The notes under the pieces are model-generated. The model was not told the origin of the DNA and did no database searches. It saw only the letters and a list, made by a program, of their open reading frames with translations. 59,968 nt of DNA, taken from positions 1-59,968 of the forward strand of contig CBFGJT010000008.1 of the NCBI GenBank assembly GCA_965649165.1, written 5' to 3'. The DNA is from a candidate division WOR-3 bacterium. GTDB taxonomy: Bacteria > Hydrothermota > Tepidihabitantia > Tepidihabitantales > Tepidihabitantaceae. The translations under genes were made by a program, and so were the position numbers. Positions 1 through 10,179 of this stretch are shown one piece after another (the stretch's first letter is position 1; every line of letters starts with the position of its first letter).

Positions 1-95
1 CCCCACCGTCCGGTCGTTTCCGGGTTTTACGCTGGCAGATAGGAACAAGCGGTGAAAATTGTCCCTGCTTTTCGGAGTCTAATATTATGGGATAT

Positions 96-124
96 TTGAT
101 TATTAACAATAATTTGGATATAAT
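96..124 (+). promoter_or_regulatory. sigma70-type promoter, leaderless (TTGATT-17-TATAAT, 8 nt before ATG 133)
   Basis: -35 at 96-101 and -10 at 119-124; no SD before the ATG. Confidence 0.7.
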
Positions 125-132
125 ATATTCTT

Positions 133-405
133 ATGGCGCTGAGGCAGGTTTATAAGGCAGAAAATGAGCTGATGGCAAATACCATTAAGGACCTCCTGGA
201 GGCAAGCGGGATTCCGGCGCTGGTGCATTCGTTTCAGATTCCGGCTTATGACGGTATCGCCCAGGTGATGCGGCCCGCCTGGGGTGAGGTGCTGGTTGCC
301 GAGGAAAATCTGAAGCAGGCACAGGAGATTATCGAAGGGTTTCTCAGCGGACAGCCGGTTGAGGATGCACCAGGTGCTGACCAGTCTGATGATGACACCA
401 GGTAG
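133..405 (+). CDS. DUF2007-like putative signal-transducing protein
   Basis: 90 aa; pattern VYxAxNxxxAxxIKxLLEASGIP...EVLVxEExxxxAxEII is typical of DUF2007. Confidence 0.7.
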   Translation: MALRQVYKAENELMANTIKDLLEASGIPALVHSFQIPAYDGIAQVMRPAWGEVLVAEENLKQAQEIIEGFLSGQPVEDAPGADQSDDDTR

Positions 406-622
406 TTTTTCTACACTGGGCAGATTTTTGATCCTTGTCGGTTTACTGCTGATTTTTTTCGGTGCTGGGCTGATACTGCTTCCGAGACTGGGCTTTTTCC
501 GTTTGCCCGGTGACATCGTGATTGAGCGCCGGAATCTGGTGGTCTATATTCCCGTCGTCTCCTCAATTGTGCTCTCGCTCATTCTGACCCTGATTTTCAA
601 CCTGGTGTTGCGGCGCTGGTGA
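389..622 (+). CDS. DUF2905 family small membrane protein
   Basis: GRFLILxG...RLPGDIVIERxNxxxYIPVVSSIVLSLILT signature; start moved to ATG 389 (or 392). Confidence 0.8.
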   Translation: MMTPGSFSTLGRFLILVGLLLIFFGAGLILLPRLGFFRLPGDIVIERRNLVVYIPVVSSIVLSLILTLIFNLVLRRW

Positions 623-656
623 CAATTTTAATTGCAACTAAAGGAGTGCAGTTCTT

Positions 657-3293
657 ATGAGCAAACTGGTCTATCTTTTTGGCCCGAAGCGGACCGATGG
701 TTCGGGGAAGATGAAGGCGGTTCTGGGCGGCAAGGGCGCCAACCTCGCCGAGATGGCAAAGCTGGGTCTACCGGTGCCACCCGGATTTACCATTGCCACC
801 ACCGTCTGTGTTCATTATCTGAAGCACAGACGAATCCCGCGAGGGCTGAAGCAGGAGCTTTCCCGGGGATTGAATTACATTGAGCAGAGCACCGGCAAGC
901 GGTTCGGGGATTTAGAAAATCCGCTGCTCGTCTCAGTCCGGTCCGGTGCCCGGGCGTCAATGCCCGGGATGATGGATACGGTGCTGAATCTGGGGCTGAA
1001 TGATGCAGCGGTTGAGGGACTGGCACGGATAACGGGCAACCGGCGGTTTGCCCTTGATGCCTATCGTCGGCTGATTGAGATGTTTGGCGATGTGGTGATG
1101 AAGACCGGCAGAGAGGAGTTTGAGGCGGAGCTGCACCAGGCACGAAAACAGCAGGGGGTAAAGAGCGATGCTGAGCTGGGTGAGGCAGCGCTGGAGTCGG
1201 TGGTGCAGCGATTCAAGGAGATTTTCCGAAAGAAAACCGGTCAGAATTTTCCTCAGGAGCCCGAGCGCCAGCTCTGGCTGGCGATTGAGGCGGTGCTCCA
1301 ATCCTGGAACAACCCGCGCGCCTGTGAGTACCGCAGGATCTACAAAATCCCGGATGACTGGGGAACCGCGGTCAATGTCCAAGCGATGGTTTTCGGTAAT
1401 CTCGGTGCGAACTCGGCAACCGGTGTGCTCTTTACCCGTGATCCGGCAACCGGTGAGAAGCGGCTTTACTGTGAATACCTGCCCAATGCCCAGGGCGAGG
1501 ATATCGTTGCCGGAATCAGAACCCCACTCCCGGCAGAAACCCTTAGGCAGGAACTGCCCGATGTCTATGATCAGCTGGAGAAAATCAGCCGGAAGCTGGA
1601 ATGGCATTACCGGGAGATGATGGATGTGGAGTGGACCCTGGAGGCGGGCAGGCTCTACATTCTGCAGTGCCGGGTCGGCAAGCGTTCACCACAGGCCGAG
1701 GTGAAGATTGCGGTGGACATGGCGAAGGAACGGCTGATCTCCCGGACTGAGGCGGTGCGCCGGATTGATCCGGAGAAGCTTACCACCCTGCTCCATCAGC
1801 GGATCGCGCCCGGAGCGCAGTTTGCCGTTGCGGCACGAGGCATTGCGGCATCACCCGGTGCGGCAAGCGGCGAAATTGTGCTCAGCGCTCCCAAAGCGGT
1901 GGAGTGGGCTCAGGCGGGCCGGCGGGTGATCCTCGTCCGGCATCAGACCTCGGCCGATGATGTTGCCGGCATGGCCAAGGCGGACGGGATTCTCACCGCT
2001 GCCGGTGGCACCACTTCCCATGCGGCGGTGGTGGCGCGGGGCATGGGCAAGCCGGCGGTGGTTGGATGCGGTGACCTGCACATTGACTATGAGATGGGCA
2101 CGGTCCGGCTTGGCGACCAGCTGCTGAAGGAGGGCGATATTCTAACCATTGACGGTTCAGCCGGCAGTGTGATCATCGGCAGGGTGCCGATGGAACCGCC
2201 GCAGCTGACTCCGGAGCTGGAGACGCTGCTCGGCTGGGCGGACGGTCTCCGGCGTCTGAAGGTGCGGACCAATGCCGATACCCCAGCCGATGCGCAGAAG
2301 GCACGGGAGTTTGGGGCAGAAGGAATCGGCCTGTGCCGGACCGAGCATATGTTCTTTGCCCCAGACCGGGTCGGGGTGATGCAGGAGATGATCCTTGCTG
2401 AGGATGAGGCGGGCAGGAGGCGGGCGCTCGAAAAGCTCCTGCCGATGCAGCGTCAGGACTTTGTTGAGATCTTCCGGGTGATGGACGGCCTGCCGGTGAC
2501 GATCCGAACCCTGGACCCGCCGCTCCATGAGTTTTTGCCGGTTGAGGAGAGAAAGATCGCACAGCTGGCAGAACGGCTCGGGATCACCGTCGAGCGGGTG
2601 AAGGCAACGGTTGAGAAGCTCGAGGAGGCAAACCCGATGCTTGGCTTCCGCGGGTGCCGGCTGGGCATCATCTATCCGGAGATCACCGAGATGCAGGCAC
2701 GGGCGATCTTTGAAGCCGCCTGTCAGGTGAAAAAGGAGGGGGTGAAGGTCCTGCCGGAAATTATGATTCCGCTTGTCGGCGATGTTGAGGAGCTGAAGCG
2801 CCAGCGGGCGCTGATTGAGCAGGTGGCGGACCGGGTGTTTGCCGAAACCGGAATAAAAGTGAAATACACCCTCGGGACGATGATTGAGGTACCGCGGGCG
2901 GCACTGCTGGCCGATGAGATCGCAACCGTCGCCGACTTCTTCTCATTCGGCACCAACGACTTGACTCAGCTTACCTATGCCTGGTCAAGGGATGACTACG
3001 GCAAGTTCTTTTCCGGCTATCAGCAGCTTGGGATCGTCAGCTTCAATCCGTTTGACACTCTTGACACCAGAGGGGTCGGGCTGCTAATGAGGTGGTGCAG
3101 CCGAAACGGCCGGCGGGTGAACCGGAAACTGAAGCTCGGCATCTGCGGTGAGCATGGCGGCGATCCCCAGACGATTGGCTTCTGTCACGAAATCGGTTTG
3201 GATTATGTGAGCTGTTCACCGTTCCGGGTGCCGGTTGCCCGGCTGGTGGCGGCACAGGCGGCGCTCGGCAAAACGGAAAGAAAGGATGTGTAA
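657..3293 (+). CDS. ppdK: pyruvate, phosphate dikinase
   Basis: 878 aa; LGGKGANLAEM, SVRSGARASMPGMMDT, GGTTSHAAVVARG (phospho-His), FSFGTNDLTQ, GICGEHGG; SD AAGGAG. Confidence 0.97.
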   Translation: MSKLVYLFGPKRTDGSGKMKAVLGGKGANLAEMAKLGLPVPPGFTIATTVCVHYLKHRRIPRGLKQELSRGLNYIEQSTGKRFGDLENPLLVSVRSGARASMPGMMDTVLNLGLNDAAVEGLARITGNRRFALDAYRRLIEMFGDVVMKTGREEFEAELHQARKQQGVKSDAELGEAALESVVQRFKEIFRKKTGQNFPQEPERQLWLAIEAVLQSWNNPRACEYRRIYKIPDDWGTAVNVQAMVFGNLGANSATGVLFTRDPATGEKRLYCEYLPNAQGEDIVAGIRTPLPAETLRQELPDVYDQLEKISRKLEWHYREMMDVEWTLEAGRLYILQCRVGKRSPQAEVKIAVDMAKERLISRTEAVRRIDPEKLTTLLHQRIAPGAQFAVAARGIAASPGAASGEIVLSAPKAVEWAQAGRRVILVRHQTSADDVAGMAKADGILTAAGGTTSHAAVVARGMGKPAVVGCGDLHIDYEMGTVRLGDQLLKEGDILTIDGSAGSVIIGRVPMEPPQLTPELETLLGWADGLRRLKVRTNADTPADAQKAREFGAEGIGLCRTEHMFFAPDRVGVMQEMILAEDEAGRRRALEKLLPMQRQDFVEIFRVMDGLPVTIRTLDPPLHEFLPVEERKIAQLAERLGITVERVKATVEKLEEANPMLGFRGCRLGIIYPEITEMQARAIFEAACQVKKEGVKVLPEIMIPLVGDVEELKRQRALIEQVADRVFAETGIKVKYTLGTMIEVPRAALLADEIATVADFFSFGTNDLTQLTYAWSRDDYGKFFSGYQQLGIVSFNPFDTLDTRGVGLLMRWCSRNGRRVNRKLKLGICGEHGGDPQTIGFCHEIGLDYVSCSPFRVPVARLVAAQAALGKTERKDV

Positions 3294-4946
3294 ATGGACA
3301 ACTTCATTCAAAGCCTGAACCGGCTCCTGGAGACCCATCCTGATGTCCGGCGCAATCCGGAGCGCACCGAACTGATCAGCGAGGCGGTGGCACGCCGGGA
3401 GGCGATCGTGCTTAAAACCGGGACTCTTGCCACCTGGACCCCGTCCGACTCCACCGGCAGGAGCCCGCAGGATACGGTGACGGTGCTCCGTCCGGAATCA
3501 GAGGGCAACATTGACTGGACCTCACCCAACAATCTGCCGATCACGCCTGAGACCTTCCGGATGATCTGCGCGGATGTACTGGCACGGCTGACAGCCAAGC
3601 CCCGGCTCTATGCGCTGGAGCGGTGTTTGGGCTGGGATCCCTCCTATGCCCTGCCGCTGCAGTTTGTTTCGGACCGGGCACTGCACAGCCTGTTTGTCGA
3701 CAACATGTTCTGTCCGGTACCGGCCGAGATCAGAAAATCGGTGTTTGCCGACCGGCCGTTCACTCTCGTCGTTTTGCCCTATGACCGGCTCGATCCCCAG
3801 CGCTATGAGGGCAGGCTGCGCAGACTGCCGGGCACGAATCGGACGAGCACGATGGTGATCGCAATTGACTATGACCAGCGGTTAGGGGTGGTGTTCGGCT
3901 CGGCATATTGCGGTTCAATCAAGAAGCTGATGTTCACGGTAATGAACTACCTTCTGCCCGAGCAGGGGATTCTGCCGCTGCACTGCTCGGCGAATGAAGG
4001 GGAAAAGGGTGATATCACCCTGTTTCTGGGCCTTTCCGGCACCGGCAAGACCACCCTGTCCACCGATCCGCGGCGCCGACTGCTGGGCGATGACGAACAT
4101 GGCTGGTCCGACTCCGGGATTGCTAACTTCGAGAACGGCTGTTATGCTAAGCTGATTAACCTGGACCCGAATAAGGAGCCGGAGATCTATCACGCCTGTT
4201 TCCATACCGCCGACTATTTGGAGCATGGTGCAATTGTTGAGAATGCGATGGTCTATCCGGACGGCTCGTTTGACTTGAGCGATGCCCGGTTAACCGAAAA
4301 TTCCCGCGGCTCCTACCCGCTGACCTTTCTCACCAATATCAAGACCCCGCCGGTCGGCAGCCATCCGCAGACGATCATCTTCCTCACCGCGGACGCCAAC
4401 GGCGTCCTGCCACCGGTGGCTAAACTCAGCCGGGAGCAGGCGATGTTCTGGTTTCTACTCGGCTACACCTCAAAACTGGCTGGCACCGAGACTGGAATCA
4501 TTCAACCCAAAAGCACCTACTCCCGCTTCTTCGGTCAGCCGTTCATGCCCCGAAACCCAGATGTCTACGCCCGGCTGCTCGGTGAAAAACTGGAACGGCA
4601 CAGGACCCGGGTTTATCTCGTCAATACCGGCTGGACCGGTGGACCCTATGGTAAGGGGCAGCGGATCGACCTCCGGCTCACCCGCGAGATCGTGCAGGCG
4701 GTGATCGAGGGCAGTCTCGATGCGGCGGATTACGAAATTGAACCGATCTTCCAGCTGGCAATCCCGAAATCCTGTCCCAATGTCCCGGACAGCACCATCC
4801 TGAATCCGAGGAACACCTGGCAGGACAAAGCCGCCTACGAGGAGCGGGCAAGAAAGCTTGCCGGCGAATTCCTGACCGTATTTCAGCACAACTACGGCAA
4901 CAAGGGGATCGATCCAGCGATCGCCCGCACCTGTCCGGGCAAGTAG
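3294..4946 (+). CDS. pckA: phosphoenolpyruvate carboxykinase (ATP)
   Basis: TGRSP, LHCSAN, GLSGTGKTTLS P-loop, GDDEHGW, NFENGCYAK, YLVNTGWTGG; ATG directly follows the ppdK stop. Confidence 0.95.
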   Translation: MDNFIQSLNRLLETHPDVRRNPERTELISEAVARREAIVLKTGTLATWTPSDSTGRSPQDTVTVLRPESEGNIDWTSPNNLPITPETFRMICADVLARLTAKPRLYALERCLGWDPSYALPLQFVSDRALHSLFVDNMFCPVPAEIRKSVFADRPFTLVVLPYDRLDPQRYEGRLRRLPGTNRTSTMVIAIDYDQRLGVVFGSAYCGSIKKLMFTVMNYLLPEQGILPLHCSANEGEKGDITLFLGLSGTGKTTLSTDPRRRLLGDDEHGWSDSGIANFENGCYAKLINLDPNKEPEIYHACFHTADYLEHGAIVENAMVYPDGSFDLSDARLTENSRGSYPLTFLTNIKTPPVGSHPQTIIFLTADANGVLPPVAKLSREQAMFWFLLGYTSKLAGTETGIIQPKSTYSRFFGQPFMPRNPDVYARLLGEKLERHRTRVYLVNTGWTGGPYGKGQRIDLRLTREIVQAVIEGSLDAADYEIEPIFQLAIPKSCPNVPDSTILNPRNTWQDKAAYEERARKLAGEFLTVFQHNYGNKGIDPAIARTCPGK

Positions 4947-4948
4947 TT

Positions 4949-5758
4949 TCAGTGCCGCGGTTTCGTCCGGCGCTTGGGTGAAAAGATCAGGGCCAGGGCA
5001 AAGATTAGGCTGGCGCTGCAGATGATGGCGGCACCGCTCGGGAGATCAAGCAGCCATGATAATACCAGACCGGTCAGACTGGCAAGTAGGGCAAAACCGG
5101 TGGAGAGCAGATACATAGTAGTGAGCCGGTAGGTGAGCTGATAGGCCGCCGAAGCCGGACTGACCACCAGGCTGAAGATCAGAAGACCGCCGATCGTGTT
5201 CAAGTTGAGGGTCACGGTCAGGGCACAGAGCACGAGCAGCGCGAAGAAGACCGCCCGTTCCGGAACCCCGACCGCCCGGGCGAGCTCCCGGTTGAACAGC
5301 ACCGCCCGGATCTCCTTGTTCAGCAAAACCAAAAACATACCGATAGCCAGCGTGTTCAAGCCGAGCAGAATAAGATCGGCGCCGCTGACAAGCAGAATAT
5401 TGCCCCAGATGAACCGCAGCGCCTCGGTGCGCGGACCGCGGAGTAGACCGATACCCAGAAATGCCAGACCGAGCATGAGGGAAAAGATCACGCCCAGCGA
5501 AACTCCGGGCTCCAGGTCGGCACGTTCCGCCACCGGTCCGATGAGCAGCGCCGCGCCTCCGGCAAAGAGTAGTGCAGTCAGGAGCGGGTTGATTCCCAAT
5601 AGCAGTCCGCAGACCGCACCGGCAAATGCGGCATGGGACATCGCCACACCGACAAAAGGGATGTTCAGTAGTACCACCCAGACTCCAACAATACCGCAGG
5701 CGATACTGCCGAAAACCGCTGCCAACAGAGGTTTGATGAGGAGCTGGAGTTCAGTCAT
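4949..5758 (-). CDS. metal ABC transporter permease (ZnuB/MntB-like, ABC-3 family)
   Basis: hydrophobic; AMSHAAFAG, IWGNILLV, FNRELARAVG, GGLLIFSLVVSP, PSGAAII; start MTELQLL at 5758. Confidence 0.9.
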   Translation of the reverse strand: MTELQLLIKPLLAAVFGSIACGIVGVWVVLLNIPFVGVAMSHAAFAGAVCGLLLGINPLLTALLFAGGAALLIGPVAERADLEPGVSLGVIFSLMLGLAFLGIGLLRGPRTEALRFIWGNILLVSGADLILLGLNTLAIGMFLVLLNKEIRAVLFNRELARAVGVPERAVFFALLVLCALTVTLNLNTIGGLLIFSLVVSPASAAYQLTYRLTTMYLLSTGFALLASLTGLVLSWLLDLPSGAAIICSASLIFALALIFSPKRRTKPRH

Positions 5759-6479
5759 TAAAAATGCTCTCCAGCCGTTCCGGCGCCAGTCCGCTTGCCC
5801 GTTCTCCCTGCCAGACAATCCGGCCCGCCTTCATCAGTACCACGTTTCTGCAGGCAGCTGGTAGCTGTTCAACCTGATGGGTCACCATCACGACCGTCAG
5901 CCGGTACCGATGATAAATCTCCTCGATCAAACTCAGAATCTCATTCACCGAGCGCCGGTCAAGACTGGCGGTCGGCTCATCGAGTAGGAGGATTTTCGGC
6001 TCCTGAAGTAGGGCGCAGGCCAGCGCCACCTTCTGCCGTTCACCACCAGAAACCTGTCCGACCGGCCGGTGGTTCAAGTGCTCAATCCGGAAGTAGCGCA
6101 TCAGTTCAGCTGCCCGCTGCCGGTCCGCTCGTGCCGGACGGTGGAGAATTCCGAGCCGACCGTAGATTCCGAGCAGGACCGCTTCTTGACAGTCAAACGG
6201 TAGGCGCGGGTCAAGGGCAAGGCCCTGGGGGACATAGCCGATCCGGCAGCGCCACTGCCTGAGGTTCCGGGAATTCAACTGCTCTCCAAAGAGGCGGACG
6301 GTGCCGGAATGTATTCTGCCCAGGCCGTTGACTACGGTCAGCAGGGTGGTCTTGCCAGCACCGTTCGGACCCAGGATGCCGACAAACTCACCAGGGTTGA
6401 TCTGCAATGAGATGCTGCGCAGGGCGGTGTGTTCAAAATAGCTTACCGTGACATTGCTGATCTCAATCGCGGGCGTCAC
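5751..6479 (-). CDS. metal ABC transporter ATP-binding protein (ZnuC-like)
   Basis: GPNGAGKTT, IGYVPQ, SGGERQ, LLLDEP, VTH. Confidence 0.92.
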   Translation of the reverse strand: MTPAIEISNVTVSYFEHTALRSISLQINPGEFVGILGPNGAGKTTLLTVVNGLGRIHSGTVRLFGEQLNSRNLRQWRCRIGYVPQGLALDPRLPFDCQEAVLLGIYGRLGILHRPARADRQRAAELMRYFRIEHLNHRPVGQVSGGERQKVALACALLQEPKILLLDEPTASLDRRSVNEILSLIEEIYHRYRLTVVMVTHQVEQLPAACRNVVLMKAGRIVWQGERASGLAPERLESIFND

Positions 6480-7294
6480 TTGATAACCTCAGCCAGCCGG
6501 CGGGTATTGTCGGACAGAGTTTGAAAATAGGAGCCTTCAAGCGGAAAGTTGCTCAGCGTCACATGCCCGATTCCGGCAGCACGGGCAAGCTCCCGGCCCG
6601 TATCCGGTCCGGACTGCAGATTGTCCACAATCAACCCGACTCCGGAATCAACAATCACCCGCGCCAGTCTTGAAAGCTCGCGGGCGGTCCAGTCTTCAGC
6701 CCGGCTATAGGTGCCAACCACCCGAAACCCGAGCCAGACGAGGAAGGGCGCCTGATGCTCCGCGGCGAGAACCCGGGGTAGGTTTCTGCCGGCAAACTCC
6801 GCCTGTATCTGTTTGCTCACCGAATCAATCTTCTGGAGATAGCGAGTCGCATTCTGCTGATAAACCAGGCTGTCATCCGGATCGATCTCAATCAGGAGTT
6901 GCAGGATCTCGCCCACCGCCTGCCGGTGAATATCCGGAATCATCCAGTTGCCGGTGGTTTTAAGTGTAACGATGCGTGCCCCTGGATTCCGGAGCTGCTC
7001 CTTCAGTTTTGCAAACCACCCCTCCCAGCCGTGATTGAGGATGAGCTGGGCTTCATTTGCCGCCACCAGTGCTGAAGGCTGAATGTCAAAATGGCCCGGG
7101 CAGAAGCCAGGTGGAGCAAGAGCAGTCACATTCACCCGCTCGCCACCGACCACATTCACAATGGTACTGATGAGGCTGGTGGTGGCAACAACCTTAATCC
7201 TTGCCGGTGCCTTGTGTCGGCAGCCGGGAACCACTACCAGCACAACGAAGAAACCGAAAAGCAGCTGCCTGAGAAAACGACTTTTAATCCCCAT
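6476..7294 (-). CDS. metal ABC transporter substrate-binding lipoprotein (cluster A-I/TroA-like, atypical ligands)
   Basis: lipobox-like VVPGC; KVVATTS...VGGERVNV; CPGH in place of DPH; operon context. Confidence 0.85.
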   Translation of the reverse strand: MGIKSRFLRQLLFGFFVVLVVVPGCRHKAPARIKVVATTSLISTIVNVVGGERVNVTALAPPGFCPGHFDIQPSALVAANEAQLILNHGWEGWFAKLKEQLRNPGARIVTLKTTGNWMIPDIHRQAVGEILQLLIEIDPDDSLVYQQNATRYLQKIDSVSKQIQAEFAGRNLPRVLAAEHQAPFLVWLGFRVVGTYSRAEDWTARELSRLARVIVDSGVGLIVDNLQSGPDTGRELARAAGIGHVTLSNFPLEGSYFQTLSDNTRRLAEVIK

Positions 7295-9128
7295 AATCTA
7301 CTCCGACCGTGAACGCCCGGCCCGGCATCAGATAGAGTCCAGCGGCAGTACCAGGTAGATCGGCATAAATCTGATACTGGCGGTTGAAGATGTTCTCTAC
7401 CGCCGCAAACAACCGCAACCCCTTAAGCAGCCGATAACCAGCACGGAGATCTGCGGTCCAGTAGGCGGGGATGGGTTGACGGCTGGAGTCAGCAGCAAAG
7501 TAGTTGCCGACATAATGAAAGCCGGCGTTAGCTTCAAACCGGGAGCGGTTGAAGCCGAGAATGAAGTCCAGCTTGGTCTCAGCGCGGCCCCGGGTGTGAA
7601 CACCAAAATCGCTAAAGGTGCCCGCACACCGGAGCACAAACGGCGCAAACCGGATGCTTAAGGCGGTCTCAAGTCCCTTGAAACGGAAATCGCCATGATT
7701 TTGATATCTTCTCGGTGGCGGCGGTATCGGGTTGGGCATCAGTTCAATCAGATTCTCGCCCCGGAGGACATAACCGCTGACATCGATCTCCGCCCATTTA
7801 CCCAGCTGCTGATTGACTCCGGCCTCGTAGTTCCAGGCGATCTCCGGTTTGAGCTCGGGATTGCTGGGCGGGAAGATGTGAGTGTAGTTCAGAGGCGGAT
7901 AGCGGAAGCCTCGGTTGATACTTAGTCGGAGCCGGGTAGTGTTGACCGGACTGATGACTATGCCCGCCTTCGGTGCCAGCACGCTGCCACTGATGTTGTC
8001 TAGGGCGAATCGCAATCCGGCATTGACCGTTACCGGTCCGAACCGCTGCTCATCCTGCGCAAACAGGTCAAGCTGATTACGGGACCAAGAGGGCCTGCTG
8101 GTATCGGACCTGAGCCAGGTACCGCCCAGATTTCTGACTTCCAGTCCGGCCTGAATCAGATTTCTGCCAGTGAGCTGACGATGGAGATGGACAAGACCGC
8201 CGTTTGTGTAATCGGTGGAATGCCAGCCGTCCCGGGGATCAAAGATGTGTTCGCCGAAAAGGCGGTAAAGTTTCACCAGACCCTGACCCAGACCGGTTCG
8301 GAAACTGCTGGTCAGGTCCAAACCGCCGCGGTCATAACGGTTCCAACCGGTTGCCACCAGTGTTTCAGGGTCGGTGACCCGCTTCGGTTCGTGCTTGACA
8401 CCGGTGAAGTATTTACCGGTGAAATCGAGTTCCAATGTCGAGGAGATGCGCCAGCCGGCGCGGAGGTTTAAGTCATTGCCGTTGTAGTGGGAATTGGGTA
8501 GATGGCCATCGGAGATTGCCTTATCAAAGGAGATAAGAAAGTTAACCGGCCGCTGGCGCGTGCCCACGCTCAACCGGAGCTGACCAGTATTGAAGGAGCC
8601 GTAGGAAAGCCGACCGCTAATGTCGAGTGGCTGCTGAGCCTGGCGAGTGATGATGTTGATCACTCCGCCTAGCGCATCTGAGCCGTAAAGCGCCGAAAGC
8701 GGACCGCGGACCAGTTCAATCCGCTCCACATTATTGAGCGGCAGCGAATGGGTAATCGTGCAGGAAAAGAGACTCATCTTCTCAGGCCGACCGTCAACCA
8801 GCACCGCCACCTGTGTGCCCCGAGCACCAAGACCACGGATGTCAATATCCGTCCGACCGAACTGACCGGTGCGGTGAATGAAGACGCCGGGCAGAAAGGC
8901 AAGGGCATCGGTTGCGGTTCGGGCAAGCGAGCGCCGGAGTTCCTCAGCGGTGAGGACACTGACCGCCGCTGCCACATCCCGGCGGTGATGCCGGAGCCGT
9001 TCTGCAGTTACCACCACATCCGGCAGCTGGAGTACTACCGAATCGCTGTGATTCCAGGGCGGACCCGCCCACACAATCGCAACACTGAAAACAAACAGGT
9101 TCAGGGCTAAAAGCATTTTGCCGTTCAT
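7284..9128 (-). CDS. TonB-dependent outer-membrane receptor (probable Ni/Co or metal complex)
   Basis: signal peptide, TonB box-like VVVTA, plug IDIRG...VLVDG...ERIELVRGPLSALYGSDALGGVINIIT, C-terminal VENIFN...PGRAFTVGVDY. Confidence 0.92.
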   Translation of the reverse strand: MNGKMLLALNLFVFSVAIVWAGPPWNHSDSVVLQLPDVVVTAERLRHHRRDVAAAVSVLTAEELRRSLARTATDALAFLPGVFIHRTGQFGRTDIDIRGLGARGTQVAVLVDGRPEKMSLFSCTITHSLPLNNVERIELVRGPLSALYGSDALGGVINIITRQAQQPLDISGRLSYGSFNTGQLRLSVGTRQRPVNFLISFDKAISDGHLPNSHYNGNDLNLRAGWRISSTLELDFTGKYFTGVKHEPKRVTDPETLVATGWNRYDRGGLDLTSSFRTGLGQGLVKLYRLFGEHIFDPRDGWHSTDYTNGGLVHLHRQLTGRNLIQAGLEVRNLGGTWLRSDTSRPSWSRNQLDLFAQDEQRFGPVTVNAGLRFALDNISGSVLAPKAGIVISPVNTTRLRLSINRGFRYPPLNYTHIFPPSNPELKPEIAWNYEAGVNQQLGKWAEIDVSGYVLRGENLIELMPNPIPPPPRRYQNHGDFRFKGLETALSIRFAPFVLRCAGTFSDFGVHTRGRAETKLDFILGFNRSRFEANAGFHYVGNYFAADSSRQPIPAYWTADLRAGYRLLKGLRLFAAVENIFNRQYQIYADLPGTAAGLYLMPGRAFTVGVDYGD

Positions 9129-9571
9129 CAGTCTGCCTCACTTGGTTTAATTTGATCCAGTAGGATCATACTTACCTTTCCCTGTTCCACCCCTTTGAGC
9201 GCGCTCAGCCGATCCGCAAGGATCTGAATCCGGCGCACCGGACCGCGCAAAAGCAGCACCTCAAGACAGTGGTGCGGGTCAAGATGGATATGAAGGGAAG
9301 ATATGATTTCGGTATAATGCTCATGGCCGAGCCGGGTGAGCCGCCGTATTACATCCCGGCGTTTATGATCATAGATTAGTGCCAGCGCTGCTACTGCCGC
9401 GCCGTTGCCTTGCCGCAGACGCCGTTCGGCAAGCCAGCGCCGGGCCAAATCACGCAGCGCCTCGGAGCGGCAGTTGTAGCCGGCGCGCCGGATCTCCTCG
9501 TTAAATTGCTGAAAGAGGTCAGCCTCAAACGAAACTCCGAACCGCGCAACCTTTGCCTTTGTCCTATCCAT
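9128..9571 (-). CDS. nikR: nickel-responsive transcriptional regulator
   Basis: RHH strand RFGVS, RSEALRDL, YDH, HEH and HIHLDPHHCLEV Ni ligands. Confidence 0.93.
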   Translation of the reverse strand: MDRTKAKVARFGVSFEADLFQQFNEEIRRAGYNCRSEALRDLARRWLAERRLRQGNGAAVAALALIYDHKRRDVIRRLTRLGHEHYTEIISSLHIHLDPHHCLEVLLLRGPVRRIQILADRLSALKGVEQGKVSMILLDQIKPSEAD

Positions 9572-9845
9572 GCCGCCGCAACCTCGCTACCAGAATGATA
9601 ATCAACCAGGCGATTACGACCGGCCCGGTCATGATCACCCCCAGGAGCAAGCCATTGGTGATCAAACCGTGGGTCTTTGCCTCTAAAAAGGGGCCACCTT
9701 CATAACCCATGATGTGGTCGACAAGAATCATCAGTGTACCTCCCCAAAACATTAGACTCAGAGACTTAAGCCCGTAGCGCCAATTGACGAACCGCCCGAG
9801 ACCGGTGATAAGCAAAGCGCCGAGCGCGATCGGTATCAGCCACAT
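9564..9845 (-). CDS. small (about 3 TM) membrane protein of unknown function, paralog of 9836-10168
   Basis: 93 aa hydrophobic; LSLMFWGGTLMILVDH...GPFLEA; overlaps both neighbours. Confidence 0.75.
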   Translation of the reverse strand: MWLIPIALGALLITGLGRFVNWRYGLKSLSLMFWGGTLMILVDHIMGYEGGPFLEAKTHGLITNGLLLGVIMTGPVVIAWLIIILVARLRRHG

Positions 9846-10168
9846 TGGTCCCTCCGCGCCGACTGACGATCCACCGCCTGGTTCAGTGTCAGCATCAGCA
9901 GCCAGATGAGAATAATAACCACTGTCATCGTCCCGCCAACCGTTACCATCTCCCGCAACATCTGAACGGTTTCAGTCGGTGAACGCATTGCCGTCAAAAA
10001 CGGAGGATAGGGGACGACCTCGCCGTGACTCACATGTTCAACCGCCAGCATTAATGAACCACCAAAAAGCATGCTGCTCAACCATTCCGGATGACTCGCC
10101 GCGGGTAGACGCCGACGGACCACAGTAGTGACCACGCCAGCTGCGGCTGGAACAAGAAAACAAGCCAT
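9836..10168 (-). CDS. small (about 3 TM) membrane protein of unknown function, first gene of the nikR operon
   Basis: 110 aa; MACFLVP N-terminus, LSSMLFGGSLMLAVEH...PPFLTA; SD GGAGG at 10174-10178. Confidence 0.8.
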   Translation of the reverse strand: MACFLVPAAAGVVTTVVRRRLPAASHPEWLSSMLFGGSLMLAVEHVSHGEVVPYPPFLTAMRSPTETVQMLREMVTVGGTMTVVIILIWLLMLTLNQAVDRQSARRDQCG

Positions 10169-10179
10169 TGTTACCTCCA

